64,000 nt of DNA from Amphiscolops sp. MND2022. Taxonomy: Eukaryota. Each line of letters begins with the position of its first letter. The stretch's first letter is position 1. The notes below the pieces were generated by a model that was not told where the DNA came from, searched no databases, and saw only the letters and a program-made list of their open reading frames with translations. The DNA lies in contig OZ076409.1 in the NCBI GenBank assembly GCA_964187785.1, positions 50,594,001 to 50,658,000 of the forward strand, given 5' to 3'. Of this stretch, positions 13,101-26,167 are shown piece by piece. The translations under genes were made by a program, and so were the position numbers.

Positions 13101-14045
13101 GATTTGCGGTAATTAAATTTTTCATTGTTAATTTTCCTCGTTCGACTGCCCCGTTTCCTGTTTGCACTCGAGGTGGACAGCATTCAATTTCAATGTTCCG
13201 GCTCTTGCAAAATATTTTGTATTCTTTCAATTTGAATACCCCCCTCATCAAAGTTAATTTTTTTGGGTATTCCGTATAAATTGAAGTTGTTTGTTATTGA
13301 ATTTATAACTTCGTTTGTTTCGGAAATATTCCATATTCTCTCTGTCGGTCATATGCAAAAACAATTTATTGTAATTAACATTTGCACATCTCCGTTCAAG
13401 TTTTTATCATGTGTCTTTCCGGTAAAATCTGTTTGTAGTTCTTGTCCCGGTTCGGTTAATGTTTTTAGTTAACTTTTTTTCGGAATTTGGTCTTTGAGTC
13501 TTACCTGTTGCAAGTCAGGCTGTACAATACCTAACCTTTTGTTCGAAGGCTTCCCGGAGTTCCGACCACCGAAACATTTTTGCTTCGGCAATCATCTTCG
13601 TAACTGCGGAATGGCTAAAGTCTAAAACGTCCAGTAATTTTCTTCGTAAATCATACGGAATGGCTATTTTGTCGTCTACCAATATTAGACCCCACCGAAT
13701 TGCAAGTTCTCGAAAATTGGTTCGTAACCTGCCGGAGCTGTGTCTCTATCTTCACGCCTCATGCTTGACCAGACTCTCGTCATTGCGGGAACGGTTGCTG
13801 TCTCCGATATCAATGTTTCAATGTCTGGCTTAAAATCGAATTCTCCCTTTTTCATCCGGTCTTCCGTAATTTTCTTGTTCCTTGTCAGCTGGTTTACAAT
13901 GTGTTTAATTTGTATGCTTCTTTCGCCTCCGTGTGGTACTTGCTTAGATCTACTATCGGCAGGTTGTCCCCATTATGACCCTGTATTCTTGGGTATCAAC
14001 GGGTTTTGGTTCCTTGTCGATTTCTCTGTCTTCCAGAATTTCTGC

Positions 14046-14105
14046 TTCTTCTTCTTCCTCTTCTTCTTCTTCTTCGTCTTCTTCTTCTTCTTCTTCTCCT
14101 TCTTC
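14046..14105. repeat. (TTC)n microsatellite, poly-Glu in the element B pol frame
   Basis: Direct run of TTC/CTC triplets; EEGEEEEEEDEEEEEEEEEE in ORF 13953-14240. Confidence 0.9.
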
Positions 14106-15427
14106 GGGTACTACGTTCAATGGTTGGTATCCGCCCTGTAACCGTTTAGCTCTTTGCATTAGCTCCGAATCGACCTCCCCTTTTTCCTCGCGGCTTCTTT
14201 TGTACGGTCTCGATGGTTCGAATACCGTCTTCTGTGGCAATTGAGTATCAAAAGCATTTATTTCGGTTTCGCTAATGTCTCTCTTCTTTCAACCAGTCTT
14301 CTGGTTTCGAGGCTCTTTGATTTTTACCAGCAATCAGGTTAATTTTGCGCTGTATTGATGATTGCTCCAGTTTCCTTTATTCAGCGGTTCCAGTGCTTGG
14401 TGGTCTGTAGATAAGTGTACTTTTTTAACAAATAGGTAGAGTTTAAGTTGTTCTAATCCCCTTACCACCGTCGATGATTCTAGTTCACCGATTGAATAGT
14501 TTCTTTTTGTATCATTTAAATATCCACAACCGAATCTGGTTGGATTTTTTTCCCCGCTATCTTGTTTCTGTCACAATGTAACTCCAAGTCCGGTTTTACT
14601 CGCATCCGTTGTACACATAATCTCTTTATCTTTTGGGTAGTGTGCCAAGCATGGTTTTTTGGTTAGCATCAATTTAAGTTGATTGAAGTCTTTTTTGATC
14701 ATCGCCCCATTCCCATGGTTCATTCTTCGTCAACAGTTTTTTCTATCTGTTTTCGCCCATAATATCAGTAAAAATTTTGCTATTTATTGAATTGCTCCGA
14801 GGAAGGATTATAATTCTTTTGCAATGTTTGGTTTTTTCAAATTGAGTATTGCTCCAACTTTTTCTTCATTCGGTTTAATCCATGAATTTCATGGCCTAGC
14901 TTCTTTGTTTGTCTCAGAAAGAATTCGGATTTCTTTTTACTTGCCCAATATCGGGTTTTTTCGAGTACGTCGAATAGTATCTGTTCATTTTCGTGTTTGT
15001 TTCCGCCTGTTACCACTTTTATGTCGTCTATCCAAGCCTGTGTAAGGTAGGTCACCGTTTGGTCATTTTTTTCTTTGAATACTGTCGGTAAATCGGCCAA
15101 TCCGCGAAACCCTTTTTAAAATATGTAATCTCCGTTAAATTTTGCACCGGTGATTGCTTAATACGCATCGTCGGCTTGTTTCTTCGGAAAGCTTCATTTT
15201 TCCGTAGGCTTAACCTAAGTCAGCTTTTGAAATGAATAGCTGTACTGTTCGATCTCTTGTACTTTCCACCGATATTTGATTTAGCAGTTCCTCCAGCTTT
15301 GGCATATGGGGTTTCTTTTTATACAGTTATCGTTCATTTTCTGGGAATCTAGGGCAAAGTTCACCGATTCATCCTTCTCCACTGTTAAAACAACTATTGA
15401 TATGAAGCAGTCTTCATCCACGTTTTT

Positions 15428-16421
15428 TTAGTCAGCGCGTTTTCCTTTTAAGGAAAAATGCCCGTCTTTAGCAGTGACCTTTTTTTTCTTTTTTTCTTCA
15501 GACTACAATCCTCACACTGAAAGGTCCACTTTTCTTACAATTCTTACAATCTTAAAATCTTACAATTCTTACTTAGCAAATTTAAAATACTGGCGCAAAA
15601 GCTTGCGAAGTAGTATTTTTACATCATCTAAGAAACTCAAAGGGACCAAAGGGTACTGCCTTAGAGTATTTTCGGCGCTATGAGACTTTTTTTTCGAAAA
15701 AAAATTCCCCGAAGGGTCCCCCCTTCCAGTTTTTTTTGGCATTGTGAGACTTTTTTTCAAAAACAATTTTCACCAAAAGTGCTCCTCCTTCTATTTTTTT
15801 TTGGTTTGCGACAGAATGGATGGAAACTCTCAAAGTGTCCCCTCTGGTGCGCCAATTCAGTTCAACTTTTGGGTTTTTCCGGTACCGTAGAAAAGAATAC
15901 TTTGACACTTCGAAGTCCTTTTGCTGTTTTTGAGCATTAGATATGGCGCCGACTTGGGTCGTTCCCGGCTTGTTTTTTCTTCAGACTACAATCCTCACAC
16001 TGATCGGTCCACTTTTTAGAAACAATCCTGAAACCACCTGAGCAGCTGACGCCAAGTCGGACCAAGGGAGACTTAGTCCAAAAGGTCCCCCCTTTCATTT
16101 TTTCACTTTTTCAAGGAAATCTACAAAACCGGACGTGCCTAAAGGGTCCCCCCTTTGGGTTTTTGTCGGCACTGTGCGACTTTTTTTCGAAAAAATTTTA
16201 ATGTCTCAAAATGGTCCCCCCCTTCGAGTTTTTTTCATATTTTGCAACTGAGTGTATGTTAATAAATCCCAAAGGGTCCCCTCTTTTACATTTTTTGGCA
16301 GTATGCGACTTTTTTTCGAGGAAAAACTTTTTTTCAAAATTTACAAGTTTTTCCAAAAAAATGTTTTGCGCTTTTTGAGCCTTAGATATGGCGCCGACTT
16401 TAGACGTTCTCGTCTTGTTTT
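15428..16421 (+). mobile_element. Compound DINE-1/Helentron-like non-autonomous element inserted in element B
   Basis: 5' TT-AGTCAGCGC with an adjacent partial inverted repeat; internal AAAGGGTCCCCC/GAGACTTTTTT repeats; 3' subterminal GCGCCGACT followed by ...CTTGTTTT, occurring twice (~15973 and 16421). Confidence 0.7.
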
Positions 16422-17961
16422 ATTTTCTCCATATACCCGGCTTTGGTTAGCTTTTCTAATTCTTTTCCTATGGTTTCTTGTAAGTGTCAAGGTAGCGATC
16501 TGGCTTTCTGTTTGTCCGGATACTGTCCCGGTTTATGTAGTTTTTTTTTCTGCGTCTTTTGTAATTCTGTTGTTTTCTAATAGGTATGGGAACTTTCTAC
16601 AAACTTTCTCGTTTTCTGATCGGTCGTTTTCAACCAATTGTTTTCTTCCGATGCGTATTTTGATTTTTTTCATCCAGTCTTTTCCGAGTAGTGGTGTTAT
16701 GTCTGTTCGTTCGGATATCAGTATTTCCATCTTCTGTTGTTTTCATATTGGACCTTCATCGATTATTGTCCCGCGAAATTTTACCTCGTTCCTTTTCACA
16801 ACTTGGTATCGATTTCCTATTTTCTGAATTTCGGTTTCCCCCAATACTTGTTTATCTGGTGGCATTATTGTTACTCCTGATCCGGTATCTATTACAATGT
16901 CTTTTTTATCGCGTTTATTTGTACCACTGCTGTGTATTGTTTTCGTCTATTTTGAATTGCCTTTATTTCATCTAGATGGTTAATACTCTCATCCAACCCG
17001 CTCATTGTTTCTTTCGGGTTGTTCATTTCTCCGTCTTCGGTTAGTTTTCTTAATGTTCGGTTGCTATTCGTTCTCTGTTGGCATGCTCTTGCATAGTGGC
17101 CTCTTTTTCCGTTTTTGTTACAGTTTGATTCTAGTGCAGGACATTTATTAAAGGGGCTCCAACTTGATGCATTGCAAAACCTGCATGGTCATTTTCCGGT
17201 ATTTGCGTTATTTCCTATATATCTGTTTTTCGGTCTCGTTCCGAATTTTTCCCTTCTTTGTATTGGTTCTTCGTCTATTACTTGTTGTTCTTTTGTCGCG
17301 ATTAGCGCCTCCGGAAAAGTGTTTTTTTTTGTTTTTCTTTCCCGATGTTTTGTGTTTGTTCGATTGAATGATTTTCTTCAATTCTAGAGTTTTTTCCTTA
17401 ATCATTTTGTCCCGTACTTTTTTTCGGTGATATTGGTCATGCACTCGGATATCAATGATTTTTCTGCTGAAATTGTGTAGGAAGCACCTTCTTTTTTGAT
17501 CCCGATTAGTCCTCTCCAGTTTTTTTCCAGTGTTTTATCTTCGGTTCGTTTCGCTCAGAAGAAATCTCCTCGGTTATGGTAGGTGTTTTGTTTCGGCATA
17601 TAAAACATGGTGAATGACCGTATTGAATCCTTCATTTTTATACTTTCGACTTCCGTTTTATATTCGGCTCTGGTTATTTGGTAAAGTGCGTCGGGTCCCA
17701 TTCCCCAGAAGAAATCTTCTTGTATGGCCCTGTTTTTTTTCGGTCCAACCAGTATCTGTAAAACTTCCTCCTTTCAGCAATGGTGCGATATCCAACTAGT
17801 GTTCTCGTTTGCAAAACTGTCGGAATCTTTCCAGCCACTGTCTCGGTGTAAATACCAGGTTTCCGTCCGTTCTCTTTGCTTCGAGGCTCGGTATTATTTT
17901 TATTTCTTCTCTGCCATTATTGCATTTGTAATAAGAAGTCTACTGTGAGTTTGTTTAAAAA

Positions 17962-17977
17962 TTTGCTGATTGCGCCA
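17962..17977 (-). promoter_or_regulatory. Primer-binding site of element B, tRNA-Ser-like
   Basis: Minus strand TGGCGCAATCAGCAAA next to the right LTR; resembles the complement of invertebrate tRNA-Ser(AGA) 3' end ...TGCTGACTGCGCCA with one mismatch. Confidence 0.55.
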
Positions 17978-18565
17978 TGAATAAAATGGGTTCTAGAACT
18001 TTGAATTGAACTTTGCATCTAAAACGTAGTAGCAACAAACGCAAAAAGAAATAACAGTTTTTTATCTAGAGTTTTGTTTGTAAGTAAATGTAGACAGGTA
18101 GTCTACGACCCAAATACGGTAGAGGTCATACTGATCGGATCAAACGCATGACAAAAAACACTTAGGATTTTCAAGAAGCTCTGGAGGTTCTCACGGCAGT
18201 AGATGATTAGGTGCAAACCTTTTTGGTGTTCACAGCCTTGATCACAGGCTAAAAGTCAGGTGATTCAAATATTCACGGTTTTTTCGAGAAAAAAAATGAA
18301 ATTAAAGTTTCCTGGTTTTTCACGAATGCAAATTCCCGTTTTTGGGTTTATAACGGTACCTTGAAAAAAAGAAAATGACATCAATTTTTGTAGCTGAAAG
18401 GTAAACCTTAAGTTGGCAAGGAAAATTCTTGTTCCATCCAAAAATCGGGTGCTTCAACTTTAAACCGCAATATCTCCTGAACTATTTAAGTCCGAAAAAC
18501 GATTTATACAGCGTTCGAAAGAGGAGCATCAGGGCCTTCAAATCAATTTTTAAACTGCTGGACTG

Positions 18566-18664
18566 GGGGCCCGCTAGCGCGGGCCCCTTGCGCGCAAAGT
18601 TTTTTGCGCAAAGTCCTCCGCTTCGCCTCACTGGCTCCGGACTTTGCGCCAAAACTTTGCACGC
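18566..18664. repeat. GC-rich double hairpin, probably the end of a non-autonomous element
   Basis: GGGGCCCGC-TAGC-GCGGGCCCC (18566-18587), then ~26-bp inverted arms at 18590-18616 and 18639-18664. Confidence 0.7.
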
Positions 18665-20265
18665 GTCGTGTCTCTGCTTGCTTTTCATTATGTTTCAAAA
18701 CATTCTGAGGCCGCTTTGACCCAATGTTGACACCAGTGGGTTAAAAGGGTCAGAAACAAAAACTGGGAAAATGGAAAATCTGCAGTTATTTTTTTTTGAA
18801 TTTTTTTGTCTCATTTTCTGGATTTCGGAGACATCACGTCAATATTCCGTGAAAAGGCGCCGAATGCTATGCAATATTGTCTGAAAATCTTATTCAAGAG
18901 TTTGCTTTACCATACAATCAGCTGGTGCGTTTAGAATTTGCAGAAAATAAATGTGCCAAATTTGGCACATTGGCCAAGTTAAGGTTAAAGTTGCATGTAA
19001 TATAAAGGGAAATCACATTTATGTTTTGGAAAACAGTCAGTGTTTTTCGGTTTTTGAGGGTTTCTAAAAAACAATTTGTTGCCACTCCTTTGAGATATTT
19101 ACACTGTAACTTCAACGGAAGTTGTTAACGGCAACCGAGTCAAAAGTAGTAAAACTGACAAATTGAATTAGAATTTCGAAAATAAATTTGCATAATTTAC
19201 TACTTCAACTTATAAATTCATTACAAAATTTAATTAATGTAAAACAGAATTCAAGCAAAAAAATTATCTTCGATTTTCTGCCTCTTATTGGTCACTGTTG
19301 GTGCTAGTCATGTCAAACTTTTTGGGAGCTGAAATGAGTGGAAGGGTTCAAAATTGGTACAGTCTTTTCTTAGTCTACTTCTAACTTCCATGTTTCAAAT
19401 TTAATATGTGAATATGTGAATTTGATATGTGAATTAAAATTTGATTCTGTGAATAATTTAATACAGTCTTTTAAAACTGAATGCTTTCAATTCATCTTCT
19501 AAGTTCGCCAGGAGCTCACGAAACTTGAATACTACAATTCTGCGAAAATAATAGATACAAATCGAATCCCGGGAGACAAAGCAGCATTTGCTTTGTGAAC
19601 CTGTCAATTCTCATGTTTCATTAAAAAAGCGAAATTGTAATTCTTTCCAGAGCTCTGCTTAGTATTAGTTAAGACACCTTGTCACAAGTAATAAATTACA
19701 CTATGCTCTCTGTCATGAAATCGACTCTTGATTAGATCTCTTATAACTGAAGTATATAACTCTTGCTGTGAAATGTGGCGACACAAATTAAACACCCACA
19801 CAATTCCCAGTTCTATTAAAGACGTCAAGTTCTACTGGAGTGGATTAAACACGCTTAGAATATGCTGACAAGAAAAATCTGATAAAAAACTGCCCGTTTT
19901 TAAAGCAATCTGACATAACACGCACATTGAATGAATTATTTATAATCAGTGTTATTTGACATTTTTCGTTATAATACGTTTTTTTACATGTTCAGGAGTA
20001 GGAAAAATAAATGTCGGCGTTTTTTACCATTTTTGGTGCCGATTTGTGGCTGGTCCTTGCCATTTTCGGCCAATTTCACCATTTCTCAATTTCTAGAGGA
20101 AAACAAAGAGTTACAAACTTTTATTGAACTTGATAAACAACAATTTTAACAATGTTTCATCAAGGATGTGCGGACGATCCGTGATAAAAGAACTTGAGAT
20201 TGAGGAAAGCCGCTCCACATCAACAGAAGTACATCTTACAAAACTATAAATTCCAACTTAAGAAG

Positions 20266-20549
20266 TGTAACGTCAAGCTAACAGCTACATTCTAGAACCG
20301 GGACAATGCCCAGGTTGCCTTAACAAGAGTCCAGTGTCTTATAACAACCTAAACATCAGTTTTTGGTCCCAAAAGGTCTCAGTAGGGACTTTTCCAAGAC
20401 GTCGTGGAGACTCCTCATTTTAGAGCTCCGTGGCAACGTTCCGGCACACTCAAAGTCCGGACACGTCCCACAAGCACGTAAAAACGTATCCTAAGGTTCC
20501 TGCGTGTACCTACATACCTCCGAGGTCCAAAACAGGGGTTTCAGCTACA
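20266..20549. repeat. Possible solo LTR
   Basis: TGTAAC...GCTACA ends enclosing a GC-richer island in AT-rich DNA. No TSD and no partner copy seen. Confidence 0.3.
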
Positions 20550-21852
20550 GTACATTAATTTGCAGAATCATTTAAATAACAGGTATAAAGTGGATCTAGT
20601 AGATCCAGCACCATCATTAATCTGCAAATTTCCAATAATAACAAACAGGAAATAAACAAGAAATTGCATACTTGGCTTATTCATCTAGTTTTTCAGGTTT
20701 CTAGGATAAGCCATCGATGGGTTCTTTGCCTTTTTCTTGTCTTCAGAGGCATTGTTCTCGGTGAGACGACACAAACCGCTACTTTCGGTCCTCTGAAAGT
20801 CCTTCTGGTACTTTATTCTTCGCTGTCGGGGATCTGTGTGTCTTTTTTGTGTGTCCTTTTTTGTCTCTCTTTGCAATTTCAAAGACCTGCAAGGTCGGCC
20901 ATATTGACTCGCACACTTTCTGCTTCTTGAACGAAATTTTGCAACGTTTGCTGGACGTTACAAAGGTTCAGAAAGACTCTCACCACGACCCAGGGCAGCG
21001 ACCACATTCAAACCAGAGTTTTTCTCGATCTCTTTAGTTTATTTTTCGACTGCAGATTTTGGTCTCACTCATTTCAATTAAATTTTCGAACATCAAAGCG
21101 ACATGTTTTAGTGCTTTTATAGCTGTGTAATCTGCGGCTTCTTTGTAACAACCTGGCGAATAAAACGTAAAGCGTTGACAAAGGCCATCTCGATGACAAC
21201 TAGAGCAGATTTCATTTCATCGATGATTTTTTCAGCTTCAGTCTGATCGTAATTTTGGTCAACTGAACTTGCAAAATATCGAATGTGAAAAACATAAGGA
21301 TGATGAGTTCAGTACCAATTTAGAGATATGGAGGTTTGTAAAAATACTTAGTACGTTTGAAGTGCAGTTCAAATTTGTTCAGTTGAAATTTTAAGAAACA
21401 AAAAATTGATTCAAAATCTGTCCGATTTTTGGCATTCAGTTAATCATTTTCGGCATTTCGACATTTTTCGGCAATGCCGAAAAACAACTTTCCTATTCAG
21501 AAGTCATCAATACAAGCAAGTATTAAAAGTTTTGATCATTCTATTTGACGAAACCAACAGAAAAACAATTTACCTTCGAGCAAACTGAACAAAAAATACA
21601 AAATGTCAAAAATGGGAAGAGCATCCGTAGAAAGTGCTAATCAAAATGCATATAGTTGTACCTTGTTGATAAATAAATTTCGTCATTTATAGAAAAAAGT
21701 TGAAAGTTAATTTTGTTGGGTGTACAGTGTACATGAAACAATTAATTCTGAAATAATATATAACATCCAATACGGTCCCAGAAGGAGCATAAGTGCTTTT
21801 TGAAAATGCGTCCTACCAATGACGCAAAAAGTTGTTGGGCCAAGGTTCCGTA

Positions 21853-22580
21853 TAAAAAGCCGGGAACGGTCCACGTTGGCGCCCCGCTCAAAGTTCAAAC
21901 AGAGTAAAGTGTTATAACTATGCTAAAAGACTTTATTGTGAATGCTTTCATCAAACTTACAGTTCGAAAAAATGCCTGAAGGGATATACCTGAAATACCC
22001 ATAAGACTCAAAAACCCGTTTTTCAAGTTTGCAAAGCGACCTTTTCACTAAAACAGATCTGTTCCGACAAAAAGTCACACAGTGCCAAAAAAACACCCTA
22101 GGTCTTCTCGACAGTTATTGAGAAAAGTCTCAGCAGTTTCACAGGCCTAAAAAATATTCAGCGGTCAAACGATTTTCCTCAACCAAAAACCTTTCAAAAA
22201 TTGTGGAAAAAATTTTCAGGAAATTTTTTGAATTTATTTAAAGATTTTTTTTCTGAAAATTCTTGGACAAGTCGCATAGTACCGAAAAACTTGAGTCAAG
22301 TGGCCCTCTATGCTCGCAAAAACTTACGGAGGCTTTGGTAAAAAATTATCAAGAAAAACAAGTTGGATAGAGCCGAAAAATACCAGCCGGTCAATCCTTC
22401 ACCTTTGCAAGCTAAAAAATTTGGTTAAGTACGTGACTCGAGTCCACGGTCTCCTGCTTTTCCGGACACTTCGCCAGGACTAAACATATGCTGTAACCGC
22501 TAAGCCAAACGATAGACCAAATACAAAACATAAAGTCAGCGACGCTTCACACACCCGAAAAAAACTACCACTGTAAGATT
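21853..22580 (-). mobile_element. Degraded DINE-1/Helentron-like element
   Basis: Reverse 3' end AAAGCCGGGAACGG...TTGGCGCC; internal AAAAGTCNCA(T/C)AGT(G/A)CC units; AAAAAACTACCACTGTAAGA near the other end. Confidence 0.5.
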
Positions 22581-22644
22581 TTTGCGAACCTTGCCGTTTT
22601 CACTTGCAAACCGCCCCACTTAAAACGCTCCGTTAACTTTGCAA

Positions 22645-23057
22645 TCCCGGATAAAAAACTATGATTCAAATGAGCTAATTTTATAAATTTCATTGGCATC
22701 TGATTCACATCCTTGTCGAGAAAAAAACGCGATTCTTGGAAGGAACTTGCAAGAATACTACAAGGAAATGCAATTTTCAGTAATGCATTAGTAATATATT
22801 AATTAGCCTTGGAACGTTTGTAAAAATCTGGCAAAATCTTTGGTTTTAATGAACTTTTTTTCAATATCCTTGCAAAATCTAAAAAGGAAAGAGTTTATTG
22901 GGAAGATTTTGCAAGGATATTGAAAAAGTTCATTAAAACCAAAATTTTGCCAGATTTTTTCAAAAGCTCCAAGGCTAATTAATGCATTACTAATGCTAAT
23001 TAATGAATAAAGATCTTGAAAGATTCTTCCTACCTTTAAAAAACGTTTTTACCCAGG
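22645..23057. mobile_element. Foldback/MITE-like element with a long internal palindrome
   Basis: Arms 22785-22880 and 22904-22996 are near-perfect reverse complements with a 23-nt spacer. Outer short inverted ends CCCGGATAAAAA / TTTTTACCCAGG. Confidence 0.7.
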
Positions 23058-23920
23058 TTTTTTGCAGCATCGTGGTCAAAAAAGAAAGTAAATAAAAAAG
23101 CCGCAAAAAGACTCCAAATGGGAAAACTTTCTGGTTTGATGTACCTTTGCAAATATAAAAATGTTTAGTCCATGCAACGAAGGATTTCTGTCACACCAGA
23201 CACTTGCAGTAACCTATAGATCCAGCGGAAAGTCTTTTTTAAATATGCCAGTACTACAGCAGTAAGCAGCGGATTCCACGATTTCGAGCTGATCAATGCA
23301 GCGGATTCCGCGATTTTGCCTTACCGTCAACTGAAATCGCGAGAAATTATACACTGCGGTATTAGTCCCTGAATTCCACGCGGCGAATTTCGCTCTTTGC
23401 GGTTAGTATGTTTTAAAGCTTGGCCCAGGATTCCACTGCTCAAGCAGCTCAACTTTGAGCTGCACAAAAAGTGTAGGGTTATGCGTCGTAATGTAGTTCC
23501 AGACGGAATGTGTTGGAAAAATTATCATTAAAAACGACCCAAACAATTCAAAAATGGAACATTTTGACACAGCAGTTTTGTTGAGAAAATTTGCATTGAA
23601 GAAGCAAAACAAAACTAATTTCTACATTTTTGTCTCTTTTAAATTTGAAGGTTTTTCAGAAAACTTCAATTTTCTAAAAAAAACTTGACATGAATAATTA
23701 TGCGGCGAGACCTTTTTTTAGTATAAAACCGAAGTACGATAAAATTTGTGAGCAGAACGCCAGCTGAGAGATTAATTTTCTTTTCCCATATAGGACCCTT
23801 CAAAAATTTTAAATTATAATGAAAGATCAAATTCGGAAATATTAAACAAGCCTGCTACATTCTTTCATTGTTCCTTGAAAGTGAAGAAACACAAACTAGA
23901 GGCAAAGTGACACTATTATA

Positions 23921-24495
23921 AACAAGCCGGGGAACGGCATAAGTAGGCGCCATATCTAAGGCTCAAACATAGCAAAAGTACTGGGAAATTTTTTAGAGTA
24001 CCCAAAAACCCAAAAATTGGACCGAATTGGCGCGCTAAAAGACAGACCCTTTGGGATTTTTCAACATTTCTGTCGCAAAACATCAAAAAAATGAAGGGAA
24101 CCCTTTGGAGTCATTAAAAATTTTTCGCCAAAAAGTCTCACAATGCCGAAAAAACTGAAAGGGGGGACCATTTGGGATTTTTCAACATCCATTCTGTCAC
24201 AAAACATCAACAAAAGTGAAGGGGGACCCTTTGGGGACGTTTTTGTTTCGAAAAAAAAGTCTCATAATGCCGAAAATAACTGAAAGGGTCCCTTTGGTCT
24301 CGCCCCGTATTGTATGATACACGGAAAAAAGAAACAACTTCTATATTTCAGTTCCTTGTGCCAAAGTTCTGACTAATTTGGCAATTTGTAAAATTGCCAT
24401 AATTTTGGCATTCGACATGAAATGGCCAGTTCGTGTGGATTGAAAAAAAGTCACTATAATAGTCGCGTTTCACTTCATGAAGCGCCGACTAAAAA
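23921..24495 (-). mobile_element. DINE-1/Helentron-like non-autonomous element
   Basis: AACAAGCCGGGGAAC...AGTAGGCGCCATATCTAAGG at the left; AGTCGCG...GAAGCGCCGACTAAAAA at the right; internal GGGGGACCCTTTGG repeats. Confidence 0.75.
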
Positions 24496-26167
24496 TGTAA
24501 ATGGTGGAAAAGAGCTTTTAGAGTATTGACCAACTGACACCTCACACTGCTTCACGAGGATGGGGCAACATGCGCTTTTATAATAGTTAAAACATACAAA
24601 TGAAGAAAATAAACACATTCTCTCGAACAGAAAAGGATTTGAACTTGTTTTCAAAACTGCTGTCTGTTGATACAAATATTTTTCGCCAGAACTGAATAGC
24701 TTTCAAGAAGAAAACTAATGAAACAATTTTCTAGCCGTTGCAAAAAGGCTTTCATTTTCGACCAGTGAAGTTCTCTCGGCAACAAGAAAATGAAATATGA
24801 GTTGTAAAAAAAGTACTTTCGGTCGAAATTCAAGGGAGAATTTCGCCCTCCAATCAATCGTAGTCTAAGTTATAACCCGTCTCAAATCACCCTAACAATG
24901 ACAGTATATTTATTAGTTATAACTAGTAAATATTCTGTCATTTTCAAGGCGATGTCGGACGACATTTGTATTGAAATTATTATGTGGAAAAAATCTTCAG
25001 AATGCTTGAAAGAAAACAGGTGGCAATTCTGTTCCACTAATGATCAAAATTGTCCGAGGAAAAGATTTATGGCTGAAATGATTCCTCGTTGGCGGTTCTC
25101 ATTGCTAGGTATATTGCAAAAAACACAAAACAGTCCATAAACCCGCCAAATGTCTATAAAGAACATAGCGACAACTGAAATTTATGATAAACAGAAGTGA
25201 GAGAAAAAATCAAAGTTACATAACTGCTCAAAATTAAAAATTGATAACGAATATCGTTGGTACTGAATAACCGTCAGCGAAAGCAATTAGTCGTGCAGCT
25301 GGGTAAAGACTCTTTTTCTGGTGTCAGAAATTGAATGCAGTGTTAGTTTCTAGATAGCATTAATCAATTATGACATAATTCAGTTCAAAAAAGTTCTGGT
25401 TCCTTCATAACGGAGCAAAACACCGTAGATAAACGCCTAACTGAAAAAAATAGGTGATACTCCTTGCAATCCATGCATACCACAATTAAGTTTGTTCGCA
25501 TGCAGTATATGATACGGTATGAGATTGGATTCGACCAACTGCTTTCAACATGGAAAAGCGTGGCAACGCATGCGAACAAATGCATGAAAAGAAATAAAAT
25601 ATCAGTCGAATTGACTATGATGATGCAGAGAGCAAAACAGCCCTTTTCTTAAGAGAGTTACAAACTTTGTACCCGAGGGTTCTTTGTTGCCTGATACTAC
25701 TGAATTTCTGACAATATTAATCATTGTCGGATTGTGGGTTAGAATACCGCTCAAAATTAACTTTTTTAGTGAACAAATGTCATCCCAGCATGATGGAAAT
25801 ATAATCTACTAAATACCTGTAATGTAAATATTATGTCTTATGTACTTAGATATGGGCAATATGGAGTCATATAATAAGAGCCATGGTTGTGAGCAACCCT
25901 ACGTTACTTGTACCTTAATCCCTTCCCCCCTTGAGTGTGAGTTATATATATTTACTTAATACTGAGCGCTCTAGTTCCGGTGTCCGCATAACTGATCTTG
26001 CCTTAAATGGCCTTAAATGTGCTATATTTCATGAATATTGGTTAGTCACGACAAGGGAGAGAAGTGTTCCGGTCAAGCTGGACCGAGAGATGTAGAAACG
26101 ATGAAAGCTGTAACTTCTACTAGCTCCCCGCCTCAGAGTTTGTAGTTGTGACAAATTCCACTAAATT

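Larger units (their letters stand above)
12700..17930 (-). pseudogene. Fragmented gag-pol of element B
   Basis: Knuckle-like KRGHYARAC (~17080-17120), PLLGKDW protease tail (~16680), RT AWIDD (~15030), RNase H TDASKTGLG (~14600), integrase TGNGAVER (~13150). Many stops and frameshifts; interrupted by an insertion at 15428-16421. Confidence 0.8.
11979..18153 (-). mobile_element. Decayed Ty3/Gypsy element B with short (~180 bp) LTRs
   Basis: Related LTRs at ~11979-12163 and 17978-18153 (shared TAGACAGGTAGTCTACGACC...ATACGGTAGAGGTCATA...ATGACA). PPT at 12164-12188 and PBS at 17962-17977. Interrupted gag-pol lies between. Confidence 0.85.

Noticed and set aside
20685..21280. Minus-strand coiled-coil-like coding remnants
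   Set aside because: Stops and frame breaks, no recognisable family; cannot support a host gene.
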